Virus record (IMG/VR): IMGVR_UViG_3300025120_014745
Span: 3,612 to 67,611 of that record
DNA: 64,000 nucleotides
Reading direction: 5' to 3' (one strand)
Source: a virus
The position numbers and the translations under genes were made by a program. The notes under the pieces are model-generated. The model was given only the letters and a program-made list of their open reading frames with translations. It was not told where the DNA came from and did no database searches. Positions 9,369 to 19,228 of this stretch are shown in pieces. Every line of letters begins with the position of its first letter. Within the stretch, counting starts at the first letter, position 1.

Positions 9369-9397
9369 TTTTATCTCTGCGTTAAATAGATTATAAT
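9369..9397 (+). promoter_or_regulatory. Possible sigma70-like promoter for the glycan island
   Basis: TATAAT at 9392-9397 in the intergenic gap with a weak -35 box. AGGAG RBS before 9420. Confidence 0.35.
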
Positions 9398-9419
9398 TTC
9401 TTATAAAGTAGGAGATTAT

Positions 9420-11330
9420 ATGGAAGATTTTGGAAGCTCAGATGTTGTTTTTGTAGCTGATATGTTTCTTGAAGAATACGGTGGTGGGGCTGAAAGAACA
9501 ACAGGGGCACTTTTTGAGCTGTCACCTTATAAAACTTGCAAGATTAAATCAAATCAAGTAACACAAGAACTAATACAACAAGGCGCAAGTAAGTTTTGGG
9601 TGTTTTTTAATTATCGAGAAATGGATCATAATTTAATTCCTTTGATTGTTGCAAACTGTCATTATGCGATTATAGAATATGATTATAAATTTTGTCAGTA
9701 CCGTTCAATCGACTTGCATAAAAGAGAAACCGGTAATAATTGTGACTGCCATGACCAACAACTAGGAAAAATAATTTCCGCTTTTCTTCACGGTTCGGAA
9801 CATATTTTTTGGATGTCGAAACGTCAATCTGAAATTTACCACGAAAGATTTCCGTTTTTAAAAGAAAATAAACAGACAGTTTTAAGCTCGATATTTTCAA
9901 TTGGAGACCTAGAGTTCATTGAAAGGCTCAAGAACGCAAGGGAAGAAAACGGCTGGAATGAAAATCATTGGGCAGTTATCGACGGTAATAGTTGGATTAA
10001 AGGCGTAGAAGAGAGTACAATCGCAGTCACAGAAACATTCCCAGAAAGTACTGTAGAAGTACTTGGAGGGTTGTCTTATTATGATTTATTAAAGTCGCTA
10101 TCAGAGTTTCACGGATTGTCATTTCATCCTCTTGGTGGTGATACATGTCCAAGAACAGTAATTGAAGCTTCACTTTTAGGTTTAGAACTGTTGATTAATG
10201 ATAATGTACAACATATGAGTGAAGAATGGTTCGCCGGTGATGTTGATGAAGTTGAATCTTATTTATTAGGGCGTCCCCAAGTTTTTTGGGACACGATATC
10301 TAATTTTATTGAAAGAGATATAATGTTAAGCGGGTACACAACAACAAAAAATGTTATTAAAAGTGACTACCCGTGGAGAGAATCAATACAATCATTGTTA
10401 GCATTTTGTGATGAAGTCGTAGTTGTTGACGGCGGATCAGATGACGGAACATGGGAAAATCTTGAGTCTTGGGCAATCCATGAAGAAAAGCTTAAGATAT
10501 ACCAAGTAAAAAGAGACTGGAACCATTATAGGTTTGCAGTTTTTGATGGTCAGCAAAAGGCAGTAGCCCGTTCACTTTGCAAAGGCGACTGGTGTTGGCA
10601 GATGGATGTAGATGAAGTTGTCCATGAAAATGACTACGAAAAGGTTAAAAAACTAGCCAGGCAGATACCAAAATCGGTAAAGCTTGTTTGTTTACCTGTA
10701 ATTGATTACTGGGGGAAGGAGGATAAGGTCAGAGTTGATGTAAATCCTTGGAAATGGAGATTATCAAGGAATGATACACATATCACTCACGACATTCCTG
10801 CCCAGCATCGAAGATATGATGAAAAAGGAAATGTTTACTCTATTGGATCAGATGGTTGTGACTATGTTCATACAGACAATTATCAACCTACACCTCACAT
10901 GAGTTTTTATACACCACAACATGAACAAATTAGACAACAGATATTAAATGATAAGAACTTTAAAGAACAGAATTTAAAAAATTATAGCAATTTTATAAAT
11001 GCAGCGTCAAGAGAGCTACCTACTGTTCACCACTACTCTTGGTTTGACATAAAAAGAAAGATTTTTACTTACAAAAATTACTGGAGTAAGCATTGGGCTA
11101 GCCTTTACAATAAGACGACTAAGGATGTACCTGAAAACAACATGTTCTTTAATAAGCGCTGGTCTGAAGTTAGTGATATTGAAATTGTAAATTTAGCAGA
11201 AAAAATGGATAATGAACTAGGTGGGTGGATTTTCCACAGCAGGGTAGATTTTAATAACCCAACACCTTGGTATAAAATGGAGTCAGGACATCCTGACTTA
11301 ATTAAAGCATGGCTTGAGGAGCGTAAATAA
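9420..11330 (+). CDS. Bifunctional glycosyltransferase (N-terminal GT-B/GT4-like + C-terminal GT2)
   Basis: N-terminal YGGGAE and DTCPRTVIEASLLG. C-terminal CDEVVVVDGGSDDGT and WQMDVDE (DxD). Confidence 0.85.
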   Translation: MEDFGSSDVVFVADMFLEEYGGGAERTTGALFELSPYKTCKIKSNQVTQELIQQGASKFWVFFNYREMDHNLIPLIVANCHYAIIEYDYKFCQYRSIDLHKRETGNNCDCHDQQLGKIISAFLHGSEHIFWMSKRQSEIYHERFPFLKENKQTVLSSIFSIGDLEFIERLKNAREENGWNENHWAVIDGNSWIKGVEESTIAVTETFPESTVEVLGGLSYYDLLKSLSEFHGLSFHPLGGDTCPRTVIEASLLGLELLINDNVQHMSEEWFAGDVDEVESYLLGRPQVFWDTISNFIERDIMLSGYTTTKNVIKSDYPWRESIQSLLAFCDEVVVVDGGSDDGTWENLESWAIHEEKLKIYQVKRDWNHYRFAVFDGQQKAVARSLCKGDWCWQMDVDEVVHENDYEKVKKLARQIPKSVKLVCLPVIDYWGKEDKVRVDVNPWKWRLSRNDTHITHDIPAQHRRYDEKGNVYSIGSDGCDYVHTDNYQPTPHMSFYTPQHEQIRQQILNDKNFKEQNLKNYSNFINAASRELPTVHHYSWFDIKRKIFTYKNYWSKHWASLYNKTTKDVPENNMFFNKRWSEVSDIEIVNLAEKMDNELGGWIFHSRVDFNNPTPWYKMESGHPDLIKAWLEERK

Positions 11331-11635
11331 TGCAAACAGAAAATTTATTTCAAGTCTTTTCACAAGTTTTTATACAGAGTCAGACGTCTTTCAACAAATG
11401 TGACGTAGAATTAAGGGCTAAATGTAGAACACTTGCAGAAAAACTAAATCAGGTAGTAGCTGAATTAGAAAAGGATCCTTTCCTGGCAGATTTGACTTTG
11501 CTTTCGTCTTTAGAAGAAGATACACTTCACATATTGAGAAGTACTTCTGAAATAGAAAGTAGAAGAAGTCACATCAAAGAATCAGTTAGATCTTTGCAAG
11601 ATTCAACACATATTAAAGCTACAAGGAGAATTTAG
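11330..11635 (+). CDS. Hypothetical helical protein
   Basis: TAATG-coupled ORF filling the gap in the operon. Confidence 0.6.
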   Translation: MQTENLFQVFSQVFIQSQTSFNKCDVELRAKCRTLAEKLNQVVAELEKDPFLADLTLLSSLEEDTLHILRSTSEIESRRSHIKESVRSLQDSTHIKATRRI

Positions 11636-12358
11636 ATGAAAAATACAGTATGTTTTCTGACCCCTACTTACAATGCTTCCTTTCACTTAAAAGATTGCTA
11701 CGAATCTTTAAAAGAACAATCCAATCCAAACTGGAATTGGGTTATTTTAAATGACATGTCAAATGATGATACTTACGAGATAGCAGTTAGTATTGCTGAA
11801 TCTGATGAGAAAGAAAGAGTAACGGTAATCAATCACAAAGAAAAGAAATTTGCCTTGAAAGGTATTTACGACCATTTAGATTCATATGACGAAAATTCTG
11901 AACAAGTAATTGCAATACTCGATGGTGACGATTCAATTTGTAATGAAAATACTGTTGAATTAATTCTAAGCGCATACAATAAAAATTCTAAACTTGATGC
12001 CCTTTGGACGTCACATACTTGGGATATTAATGGTATGAATATATCGAGAGAGCTTCCGGATAATCTAAACCCGTACCAATACCCATGGGTAAGTTCACAT
12101 TTAAAAACATTTAAGGTTAATGTTTTTAGAAAGATCAATAGAGATAATTTTAAAGACATGGACGGTAAATGGTTTGAAAGAGGATACGATCAAGCATTGT
12201 ATCTACCTATATTGTACCTTGCAAGAAAAAGAATGTTTTTAGATGAAATATGCTATTTATATAGGATAAATTCTAACTCTTTAAAAGTAAGAGACTGGAA
12301 AGAAAAAAATCAAATGGATGCAATTAGACTAGTTAGAGCAAGAGGATATATAACTTGA
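11636..12358 (+). CDS. Glycosyltransferase family 2
   Basis: TPTYN, LNDMSNDDT, ILDGDD, SHLKTF and YLYR motifs. Confidence 0.9.
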   Translation: MKNTVCFLTPTYNASFHLKDCYESLKEQSNPNWNWVILNDMSNDDTYEIAVSIAESDEKERVTVINHKEKKFALKGIYDHLDSYDENSEQVIAILDGDDSICNENTVELILSAYNKNSKLDALWTSHTWDINGMNISRELPDNLNPYQYPWVSSHLKTFKVNVFRKINRDNFKDMDGKWFERGYDQALYLPILYLARKRMFLDEICYLYRINSNSLKVRDWKEKNQMDAIRLVRARGYIT

Positions 12359-13260
12359 AAATCTTCACGCACAACTTTAACCCTGAATCTAATAGTGGGC
12401 CAAATAAATTTACACGTACACTACTTAAATCCTTGGTTAAATCTGATCGCATATCACTTAGCAACCAAGAAGAGGCAGACGTTGAGTTCTGTTTAATCCA
12501 ACAACAGCTACCTAAGGTTAAACCTATGCTGCTTCGATTAGATGGTATCTGGTTTAATTCCGAGCAAGAGTATAACAAACAGAATGCTATAATACAGTAT
12601 TCATACAATAATGCCGATGCTGTTGTGTTTCAGTCCCAGTTTAACAAAAATTTAGTCGAAGCCTGGTTTGGAGAACATAGAAATTCTCACGTTGTAATTA
12701 ACGCAAGCGATGAAAAATTAATCAATTCAGCAAATAAACGATATTGGGATCAAAAATTAGGTGTCAATACAGAAGTTTGGTGTTGCGCATCCAATTGGCG
12801 TCCGCACAAAAGGCTTAGTGAAAATATTAGATATTTTTTAGAATTTGCACCAAAGGATGCAATTCTTGCTATAGCTGGCGCGCTAGGCATGGATGATGCT
12901 AAAAAAATCATAAATGACAGAGTAGTATTGATGGGCGATTTAGATTATATGAGTCTTCTAGCTTTGTATAGACGTAGTTCAACATTTATTCACTTAGCTT
13001 ATTTAGATCATTGTCCTAATGTTGTTGTAGATGCTCAATCAGCCGGCTGCAGAATTGTTTGTTCTTCAACAGGAGGAACAAAAGAAATCATTAATGATGG
13101 TATTGCAATTCTTGAGGATGAATGGGATTACAAGCCTCTTCCATTATACAGGCCGCCACCCATGGATTTTTCAAAGTCTGTGCATCTAAAAAAGAGTGAA
13201 TCTAATGATTTTGAAAAATGTGTTAATACATACTTTGACATAATGAAGGGTATACTGTAG
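12355..13260 (+). CDS. Glycosyltransferase family 4 (GT-B)
   Basis: ADAVVFQS, WRPHKR and DHCPNVVVDAQSAG..SSTGGTKE. TTG start. Confidence 0.85.
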   Translation: MKIFTHNFNPESNSGPNKFTRTLLKSLVKSDRISLSNQEEADVEFCLIQQQLPKVKPMLLRLDGIWFNSEQEYNKQNAIIQYSYNNADAVVFQSQFNKNLVEAWFGEHRNSHVVINASDEKLINSANKRYWDQKLGVNTEVWCCASNWRPHKRLSENIRYFLEFAPKDAILAIAGALGMDDAKKIINDRVVLMGDLDYMSLLALYRRSSTFIHLAYLDHCPNVVVDAQSAGCRIVCSSTGGTKEIINDGIAILEDEWDYKPLPLYRPPPMDFSKSVHLKKSESNDFEKCVNTYFDIMKGIL

Positions 13261-14111
13261 TGGGTTTAGGTGGTTATTTGACATGGACTGCAGCTGCTCG
13301 AGCGATTAGAAATGTCGTTGGAAGTAACGTAAAAATGTTACCTGTTGAACAACACGGTAATTTTCTTAAACTTATTAAAAGCCCATCATTTTACGATAAT
13401 TCTGACTTTTTTGTCGGTGAAAGCGAAAATGAAAACCAGTTTCTTTTACCACTTATCTTAAACAACCCTAGTGCTAATTATTGTAAAAATGACACACCCC
13501 AAAAAGCTTTTCATCGATATGACAAACATATAATAGAACAAATTTGTGAGTGTTACGGAGTACAAAATCCCGAATTAAAATGCATCATCAATTTAGATAA
13601 TAAAGAAAAAAGCTGGGCAGAAAACTTTCACAAGTCTATGCTGAACGGAGAAAAATATATAACAATTGAACCATTTTCAAAAGACAACTATACACCGAAT
13701 AGAAAGTACCCGATTGAAAAGTGGCAGTTAATTGTTGACGCTCTCTGTAATAAGATAAAAGTAGTGCAAGTTGGCAACCATGGTGCACCTGTCTTAAAAA
13801 ACGTTGTAGACTTGACCGGTAGTACATCATTTAGGCAAGCAATCGCTGTAATAGAAAGATCACAATTGTTACTTGCAACAGAAAGCGGGCTAGTACACGC
13901 TGCAACAGCTGTCAATACAAAATCTGTAGTTGTTATAACTGGTTACCAGTCAGAAAAAATGGTAGCATACCCTCAAAATATAAACATAAACATTGCGACA
14001 CACGGGCCCTGTGGTTTAAAAGTTGAATGTCCTAGTTGTAAAAAAGATGCTGAAAATTATGACTGGAGAAAAATACTAGATTTAGTACAAGAAGAATTAT
14101 GTCTAAAATAA
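13260..14111 (+). CDS. GT9 ADP-heptose heptosyltransferase-like protein
   Basis: GLGG start, RKYPIEKW, DLTGSTSF and ESGLVHAATAV. C-terminal PCGLKVECPSC. Confidence 0.85.
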   Translation: MGLGGYLTWTAAARAIRNVVGSNVKMLPVEQHGNFLKLIKSPSFYDNSDFFVGESENENQFLLPLILNNPSANYCKNDTPQKAFHRYDKHIIEQICECYGVQNPELKCIINLDNKEKSWAENFHKSMLNGEKYITIEPFSKDNYTPNRKYPIEKWQLIVDALCNKIKVVQVGNHGAPVLKNVVDLTGSTSFRQAIAVIERSQLLLATESGLVHAATAVNTKSVVVITGYQSEKMVAYPQNININIATHGPCGLKVECPSCKKDAENYDWRKILDLVQEELCLK

Positions 14112-14494
14112 TCTTTACTAACGGATGTTTCGATATCATACATCGCGGCCATATTGAATTATTAAACTTCTGTTTTAGTTTAGGTGATAAGGTAATTGTT
14201 GGTCTGAATAGCGATAATAGCATAAAAAGATTGAAAGGTAATTCAAGACCGGTCAACAGTCAACAAGACAGAAAAACTATTTTAGAAAGTATTAAATATG
14301 TTCATAAAGTAATTGTATTTAATGAAGATACACCTTATAATCTAATTAAAGATCTAGAACCTGACGTTATAGTAAAAGGGGGTGATTACAACCCTGAAGA
14401 CGTCGTAGGAAGAGATCTTTGCGAGGTTAAAATATTTAATTATGTCGATGGTTACTCAACAACAAAAACAATACAAAGTTTTACTGATAGGTGA
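14099..14494 (+). CDS. rfaE2: RfaE/HldE domain II: heptose-1-phosphate adenylyltransferase
   Basis: FTNGCFDIIHRGH, VGLNSDNSIKRLKG.SRP, VKGGDY and GYSTT. Confidence 0.9.
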   Translation: MSKIIFTNGCFDIIHRGHIELLNFCFSLGDKVIVGLNSDNSIKRLKGNSRPVNSQQDRKTILESIKYVHKVIVFNEDTPYNLIKDLEPDVIVKGGDYNPEDVVGRDLCEVKIFNYVDGYSTTKTIQSFTDR

Positions 14495-15227
14495 GACATG
14501 TCAAGACATATATGTTTTTGGTAGTATTGACAGGTTAAGTCCTGAAGCACCCGTACCAGTTCTTAAAAAAACAAGTGAAGAAATAAAATCAGGAATGAGC
14601 AGAAACGTTTATAAAAATATATTGTCCATGTCAGAAAATGTTAGTATAGATATTTTTACAAATAAAGTAGAAAATATACGTAAGATTCGTTATATTGACA
14701 CAAAATCAAACTACCAGATTATGAGATGTGATATTGAAAACGTAACTCGTGTTTTTTGTATTGATGAATTAGAATTAAAAAACTATGACGCAGTCGTAAT
14801 ATCAGATTACAATAAGGGCTTCCTAACTAATTATGAAATTTCATCCTTATGTAAAACATTCAAGACAAAAAGTATATTTGTTGATACAAAAAGAAAAAAC
14901 GTCGAATGTTATCAAAACTGTATTTTAAAAATAAATGATAAAGAAACAAGCGAAATGTCAGGTTTGAACGATAATAATGAAGTAATCACAACGCAAGGTC
15001 CTGATGGTTGTGTGTATAGAGCTGAACATTTTCCTGTTAAGAAAGTTGATGTCCACGATGTTTGTGGAGCCGGCGACGTTTTTTTAGCTGCACTTGTTGT
15101 GAGGTGGCTTGAAACAAGTAATATGAAATTATCGATAAAGACAGCAAATAATTGCGCTGCGTTGAGTGTAACAAAACTTGGTTGTTATACAATTAAAAGG
15201 GAAGAATATGAAAACTTATGTGTTTGA
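14448..15227 (+). CDS. rfaE1: RfaE/HldE domain I: PfkB-family heptose-7-phosphate kinase
   Basis: RLSPEAPVPV, VISDYNKG and DVCGAGDVF. Start is 14442 or 14448. Confidence 0.88.
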   Translation: MVTQQQKQYKVLLIGETCQDIYVFGSIDRLSPEAPVPVLKKTSEEIKSGMSRNVYKNILSMSENVSIDIFTNKVENIRKIRYIDTKSNYQIMRCDIENVTRVFCIDELELKNYDAVVISDYNKGFLTNYEISSLCKTFKTKSIFVDTKRKNVECYQNCILKINDKETSEMSGLNDNNEVITTQGPDGCVYRAEHFPVKKVDVHDVCGAGDVFLAALVVRWLETSNMKLSIKTANNCAALSVTKLGCYTIKREEYENLCV

Positions 15228-15537
15228 TATAGACGGTACAATTTGTACTTTAGCAGGTAGTGATTACAAAAATGCACTTCCGGACACAAATCGAATAAAA
15301 ATGATTAATTCTTTATATGAAGAAGGAAATAAGATTATTTTCCAAACAGCTCGAGGTATGGGAAGATCAAATAATGACAGCCAAGCCGCGCATGATATGT
15401 TTTATAACTTCACAGTTAAACAACTAGACACGTGGGGTGTAAAATATCATAGTTTATTTTTAGGTAAGCCTGCAGGTGACTTGTACGTCGATGACAAAGG
15501 GATAAAAGATGAAGACTTCTTCAACACAAGAAATTAA
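15208..15537 (+). CDS. Small HAD phosphatase (capsule-biosynthesis EcbF/BcbF-like)
   Basis: FDIDGTIC, TARG, GKP and YVDDK HAD motifs. Confidence 0.85.
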   Translation: MKTYVFDIDGTICTLAGSDYKNALPDTNRIKMINSLYEEGNKIIFQTARGMGRSNNDSQAAHDMFYNFTVKQLDTWGVKYHSLFLGKPAGDLYVDDKGIKDEDFFNTRN

Positions 15538-15874
15538 GTTTGTTCCAAAGGGTTGGGGTTTTGAAAAATGGATTGTTAATTGTAGCGAATATTGCGGTAA
15601 ACTACTTTACTTTGTAAAGGGCAGGAAGTGTTCTTGGCACTACCACATTAAAAAGGATGAAGTGTTCTATATACAGTCCGGTAAAATAAAAGTTTATTTT
15701 TCTGATAATGATGATCTAGAAGGTTCAAAAGAAATTGTTTTAGGTCCAGGAGATAACTTTCATGTATATCGTGGTTTACGACACAGAATGGAAGCTATTG
15801 AAGATACTGAATTGTTTGAGTTTTCAACTCAACACTTTGATAGCGACAGCATAAGACTAGAAAAAGGAGACTAG
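15509..15874 (+). CDS. Cupin (mannose-6-phosphate isomerase-like / sugar epimerase)
   Basis: VPKGWGFE, YCGKLL, SWHYHIKKDEVF, HRM and FEFST. Confidence 0.85.
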   Translation: MKTSSTQEIKFVPKGWGFEKWIVNCSEYCGKLLYFVKGRKCSWHYHIKKDEVFYIQSGKIKVYFSDNDDLEGSKEIVLGPGDNFHVYRGLRHRMEAIEDTELFEFSTQHFDSDSIRLEKGD

Positions 15875-15876
15875 AC

Positions 15877-16590
15877 ATGAAAAAAGTAATGATTCAAGAA
15901 AAGTTAAAAGATATGGGCATCTATATTGAAGATATTGTCATGGGTGACTTTGATGTAATTGGTGAGTACACAGCAAAGAAAAATAGAACACCGGATAAAC
16001 AATCATATAAAACTGCTGGGTGCTTTTTTAGACCTAATTACGAAAGAGGTATTTTAATGTATTACCTGACAAGGAAAAAAGAGTTTAATTCTGTTTTAGA
16101 GATTGGCTTTGGAAGAGGTTATTCAACGCTTTGTATGGCAAAAGCAATGTGCGATCATGGTATTGAGGGTAAAATCACTACTGTCGATCCAAATCTTAAC
16201 GAAGAGTTCCTAAACCAGCTAACAAAAATATTTCCTGGAGAATGGTTTCAGAAAATTGATTTTGTAAGATCAACATCAGACGACTACTATAGTAAAAATC
16301 CAGACAAAAAATTTGATTTTGTCTATATTGATGGCGATCATAGGTACGAAGCAGTAAAAAACGACTGGGAATACGCAAAGAAAAGTTTTAATAAAAACGT
16401 TCTTTTCGACGATTATATTTTTGGTGATCGGAAACAAAAAGATATTGAGTGTTCTCGAGCAATAAATGAAATTGAAGGATTTAACAAAGAGGTTATTATA
16501 ATGGATCGAAGAATGTTCTTCGATGATAGAAGAAAAGCGGACAATGAAATAGACTACGGTCAAGTATTAATAACTAAAATAGAGGATTAA
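15877..16590 (+). CDS. Class I SAM-dependent methyltransferase (Methyltransf_24-like)
   Basis: VLEIGFGRGYS, TTVDP, FDFVYIDGDH.YE.V..D and FDDY. Confidence 0.88.
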   Translation: MKKVMIQEKLKDMGIYIEDIVMGDFDVIGEYTAKKNRTPDKQSYKTAGCFFRPNYERGILMYYLTRKKEFNSVLEIGFGRGYSTLCMAKAMCDHGIEGKITTVDPNLNEEFLNQLTKIFPGEWFQKIDFVRSTSDDYYSKNPDKKFDFVYIDGDHRYEAVKNDWEYAKKSFNKNVLFDDYIFGDRKQKDIECSRAINEIEGFNKEVIIMDRRMFFDDRRKADNEIDYGQVLITKIED

Positions 16591-16591
16591 A

Positions 16592-17293
16592 TTGATTAGC
16601 AAGAATGAACAGTTCTACAAAGAAGGTATTGTTGAAATTGATTTTATTGACGAAGAGTTAGATAAGCTCTTGCTAGATATATTCCGCGGCAATGTTAAAA
16701 GTGGTTTTGAATTAAGGACAAAGTATCCTAAGACTTTTGATTTAAGACCGGATGTAATAAGCTATGATAAAATATTCCTCAATACACTTGTAAAAAACAA
16801 GGCAAGAGAATTAATAAGAGCATATACATTTAGAAACGTGACACTTTCGCATGTCCAAATTAGAATTGTTGAAGATGACAACAGTTATATGAATTGGCAT
16901 CGAGATACTTACTACAAAAATGATGGAAGTTTGATAGGTCAAGCACCTCATGGTGTGAAAATAATATACTATCCATCATTTAGTGAAGTTGAAGAGGATA
17001 GACTATTATACCTGTTAGGTTCGAACCGAGTTTTGTTTCCAACAAACTCATTTGACAATCAACTCTTTAATATACTAAAAGTAAAAAATGTAGTAGCTAA
17101 AAATGGAAAAGCAATTCTTTTCGACACTAATGGTCTACATGCTGTCCAACCCGAAAAACCTGGAAATCGATCAATAAGATTAATCTATAACTTCTTGGAA
17201 AAAGAGCAAGTAGAAAGTATTTCACAGGAAGAAAACAATATCCATTTAAGGACCATGAATATGTACGAAAATTTATACCCGGCAATTAATTAA
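16592..17293 (+). CDS. 2OG-Fe(II) dioxygenase (PhyH-like)
   Basis: WHRD (HxD), FDTNGLH and a distal Arg (RSIRL). TTG start. Confidence 0.75.
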   Translation: MISKNEQFYKEGIVEIDFIDEELDKLLLDIFRGNVKSGFELRTKYPKTFDLRPDVISYDKIFLNTLVKNKARELIRAYTFRNVTLSHVQIRIVEDDNSYMNWHRDTYYKNDGSLIGQAPHGVKIIYYPSFSEVEEDRLLYLLGSNRVLFPTNSFDNQLFNILKVKNVVAKNGKAILFDTNGLHAVQPEKPGNRSIRLIYNFLEKEQVESISQEENNIHLRTMNMYENLYPAIN

Positions 17294-17295
17294 AA

Positions 17296-18225
17296 ATGAA
17301 ACTGTATTTAAATAGAAGGCCAGTGTCCGGCCCTTGGGGCGGCGGAAATAAATCACTATCATTGCTTGAAAAATATATTTTAGAAGAAGAAAGTATAAGT
17401 CTAACTTATGATTTAAGTGAACCTGACATTGACGTTATTTTTTGTATCGATCCAAAGCCAGACGGTCAAGGAATATGGTATCAAGACTTTATAAATTACA
17501 AAAACAACATTAATAATAAAGTTAAAGTCATACAAAGGGTCGGTGATCTAGGTACACATCGTGGTAATGAAATAACACAATTAGTTGGACAAACAATTAA
17601 CTATTCTGACTTTCTTATTTTCCCCAGTAATTGGGCAAGAAAAGCAATTGGGTTTAATAAAAGTAACTATGTTGTAATACAAAATAAGCCGATGGCAGCC
17701 TTTTATAGTAAAAGGAATAAAAGCAGTAATTTAAAAAATAAAGTTAAAATAGTTACACATCACTGGTCAGATAACCCCAAGAAAGGCTTTGAGATATACC
17801 AGGGTTTTGGAAAGATGATAAGCAGTAGAGAAGATGTTGAATTTACTTACATCGGTCGCTATAACAATAATTTCACTTCAGAAGGGATAACAATAGTAGA
17901 TCCAATGAATATGCAACAATTGTCAGCGTTTCTTCCAAACTTTGATTTTTACTTAACTGCTTCTGAGTTAGAAGCAGGTGCAAATCATGTACTAGAAGGA
18001 ATTGCAGCTGGTCTACCTGTTTTATATAGAACCGGAGGAGGAAGTATTGATGAATATTGTTTCGATTATGGAGTCGAATATCGTGGATTAGAAGATATAG
18101 ACAATGCATTGACAAGTTGTATTAAAAATTATAATTTGCTTAAAAGCAAGGTCATGAATTTCAACACTAGTCTAGAGAGCCAAATACGTAGTTACATTGA
18201 TGTTATAAAACATGTAGCGGAGTAA
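17296..18225 (+). CDS. Glycosyltransferase family 4 (GT-B)
   Basis: GPWGGGN, HHWSDNPKKG and EAGANHVLEGIAAGLPV. Confidence 0.85.
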   Translation: MKLYLNRRPVSGPWGGGNKSLSLLEKYILEEESISLTYDLSEPDIDVIFCIDPKPDGQGIWYQDFINYKNNINNKVKVIQRVGDLGTHRGNEITQLVGQTINYSDFLIFPSNWARKAIGFNKSNYVVIQNKPMAAFYSKRNKSSNLKNKVKIVTHHWSDNPKKGFEIYQGFGKMISSREDVEFTYIGRYNNNFTSEGITIVDPMNMQQLSAFLPNFDFYLTASELEAGANHVLEGIAAGLPVLYRTGGGSIDEYCFDYGVEYRGLEDIDNALTSCIKNYNLLKSKVMNFNTSLESQIRSYIDVIKHVAE

Positions 18226-18229
18226 CTTT

Positions 18230-19174
18230 ATGTCTAAAGTACAATATCTAAGTTATTATAACCCAGAAAGATTTAAATTCTACCACAATAGTCTCCTTGA
18301 AGACGACAGAATAAAATATTCAGGCTCAGAATTAATTCTCAAGACAGCAACATTTATTGGTAGCGATAAAAATGTTTATATAGACACTTCTGACGGTGTT
18401 AATGATGATTTGAAAATTAACGAATATTGCGGCCGCATAAGACGTGTAATTAGTCACGCAGCAGGAAAACCTTTTATATTTTTAAAGTCTGCGTTTTCAA
18501 GTAAGTGGACCAGCAACATTGTTAAGATTGCACAGGAAAACAACGGAATAGTTGTACCTTTTTTTAAGTGGTCTTTTAATAATAGTTTCTACGATCATGT
18601 TTATGGAAAAAAGCAAGATATCGTAAAGCAATACAAAGACTTACCAAAAGAATATGACATAGGTGTGTTTTTTAGCGATAAAAAGTATCGATATCCTAAG
18701 CCAAGTGCAGTTTTGCCTGATATATCACATACAGATCACAAAACTTTTAATATTCCAGGGCGAAGTATAAACACCGGGTATTTTGACAATAATTCAAGAC
18801 AGACACTTATTGATAAACTAAATAGTTCGCGTTTTAAAGTTCTGCATACTTCTTGTTCTTATTCTGATTACATTAGGTTGAGTTTCCAGTGCAAGGTGAT
18901 CATAAACCCGCCAGGGATTGGAGAGTACACATCAAGAATGGTTGACCAAAGTTATTTAGCCAATTGCATAGTACTTCGAAAAAACTCATACGACAACGCA
19001 CTTTCTTGGAAAAAGCATTTTCCTGAAGTCGACTTTGAATCCAATAGTTGGGAAAATGATCTCGGTAAGATAATATTAGATTATGAATCACACCAAAAGT
19101 TGTGTGGAGAATATTACAATTTATATTGGAATCCCGAAGCAATATGCTCTTATTTGAACCAATACTTATATTAA
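18230..19174 (+). CDS. Putative glycosyltransferase (GT-B C-terminal domain-like)
   Basis: KEYDIGVF and Y..Y.....CKVIINPPGIGEYTSRMVD, in glycan-island context. Confidence 0.55.
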   Translation: MSKVQYLSYYNPERFKFYHNSLLEDDRIKYSGSELILKTATFIGSDKNVYIDTSDGVNDDLKINEYCGRIRRVISHAAGKPFIFLKSAFSSKWTSNIVKIAQENNGIVVPFFKWSFNNSFYDHVYGKKQDIVKQYKDLPKEYDIGVFFSDKKYRYPKPSAVLPDISHTDHKTFNIPGRSINTGYFDNNSRQTLIDKLNSSRFKVLHTSCSYSDYIRLSFQCKVIINPPGIGEYTSRMVDQSYLANCIVLRKNSYDNALSWKKHFPEVDFESNSWENDLGKIILDYESHQKLCGEYYNLYWNPEAICSYLNQYLY

Positions 19175-19228
19175 TCCCATCCTATACAATAAATCATTTT
19201 TTTGTATTATTTAGACAAACAGGTAGAC

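Noticed and set aside
11330-12358. TAG immediately followed by an in-frame ATG (also in-frame neighbours at 3019/3023 and 3765/3775), suggesting amber recoding or readthrough
   Set aside because: The downstream genes at 11636 and 3775 have their own AGGAG RBS. Well-known proteins (AhcY, Glf) end at TAG at their expected C-termini, and long ORFs are uninterrupted under code 11.
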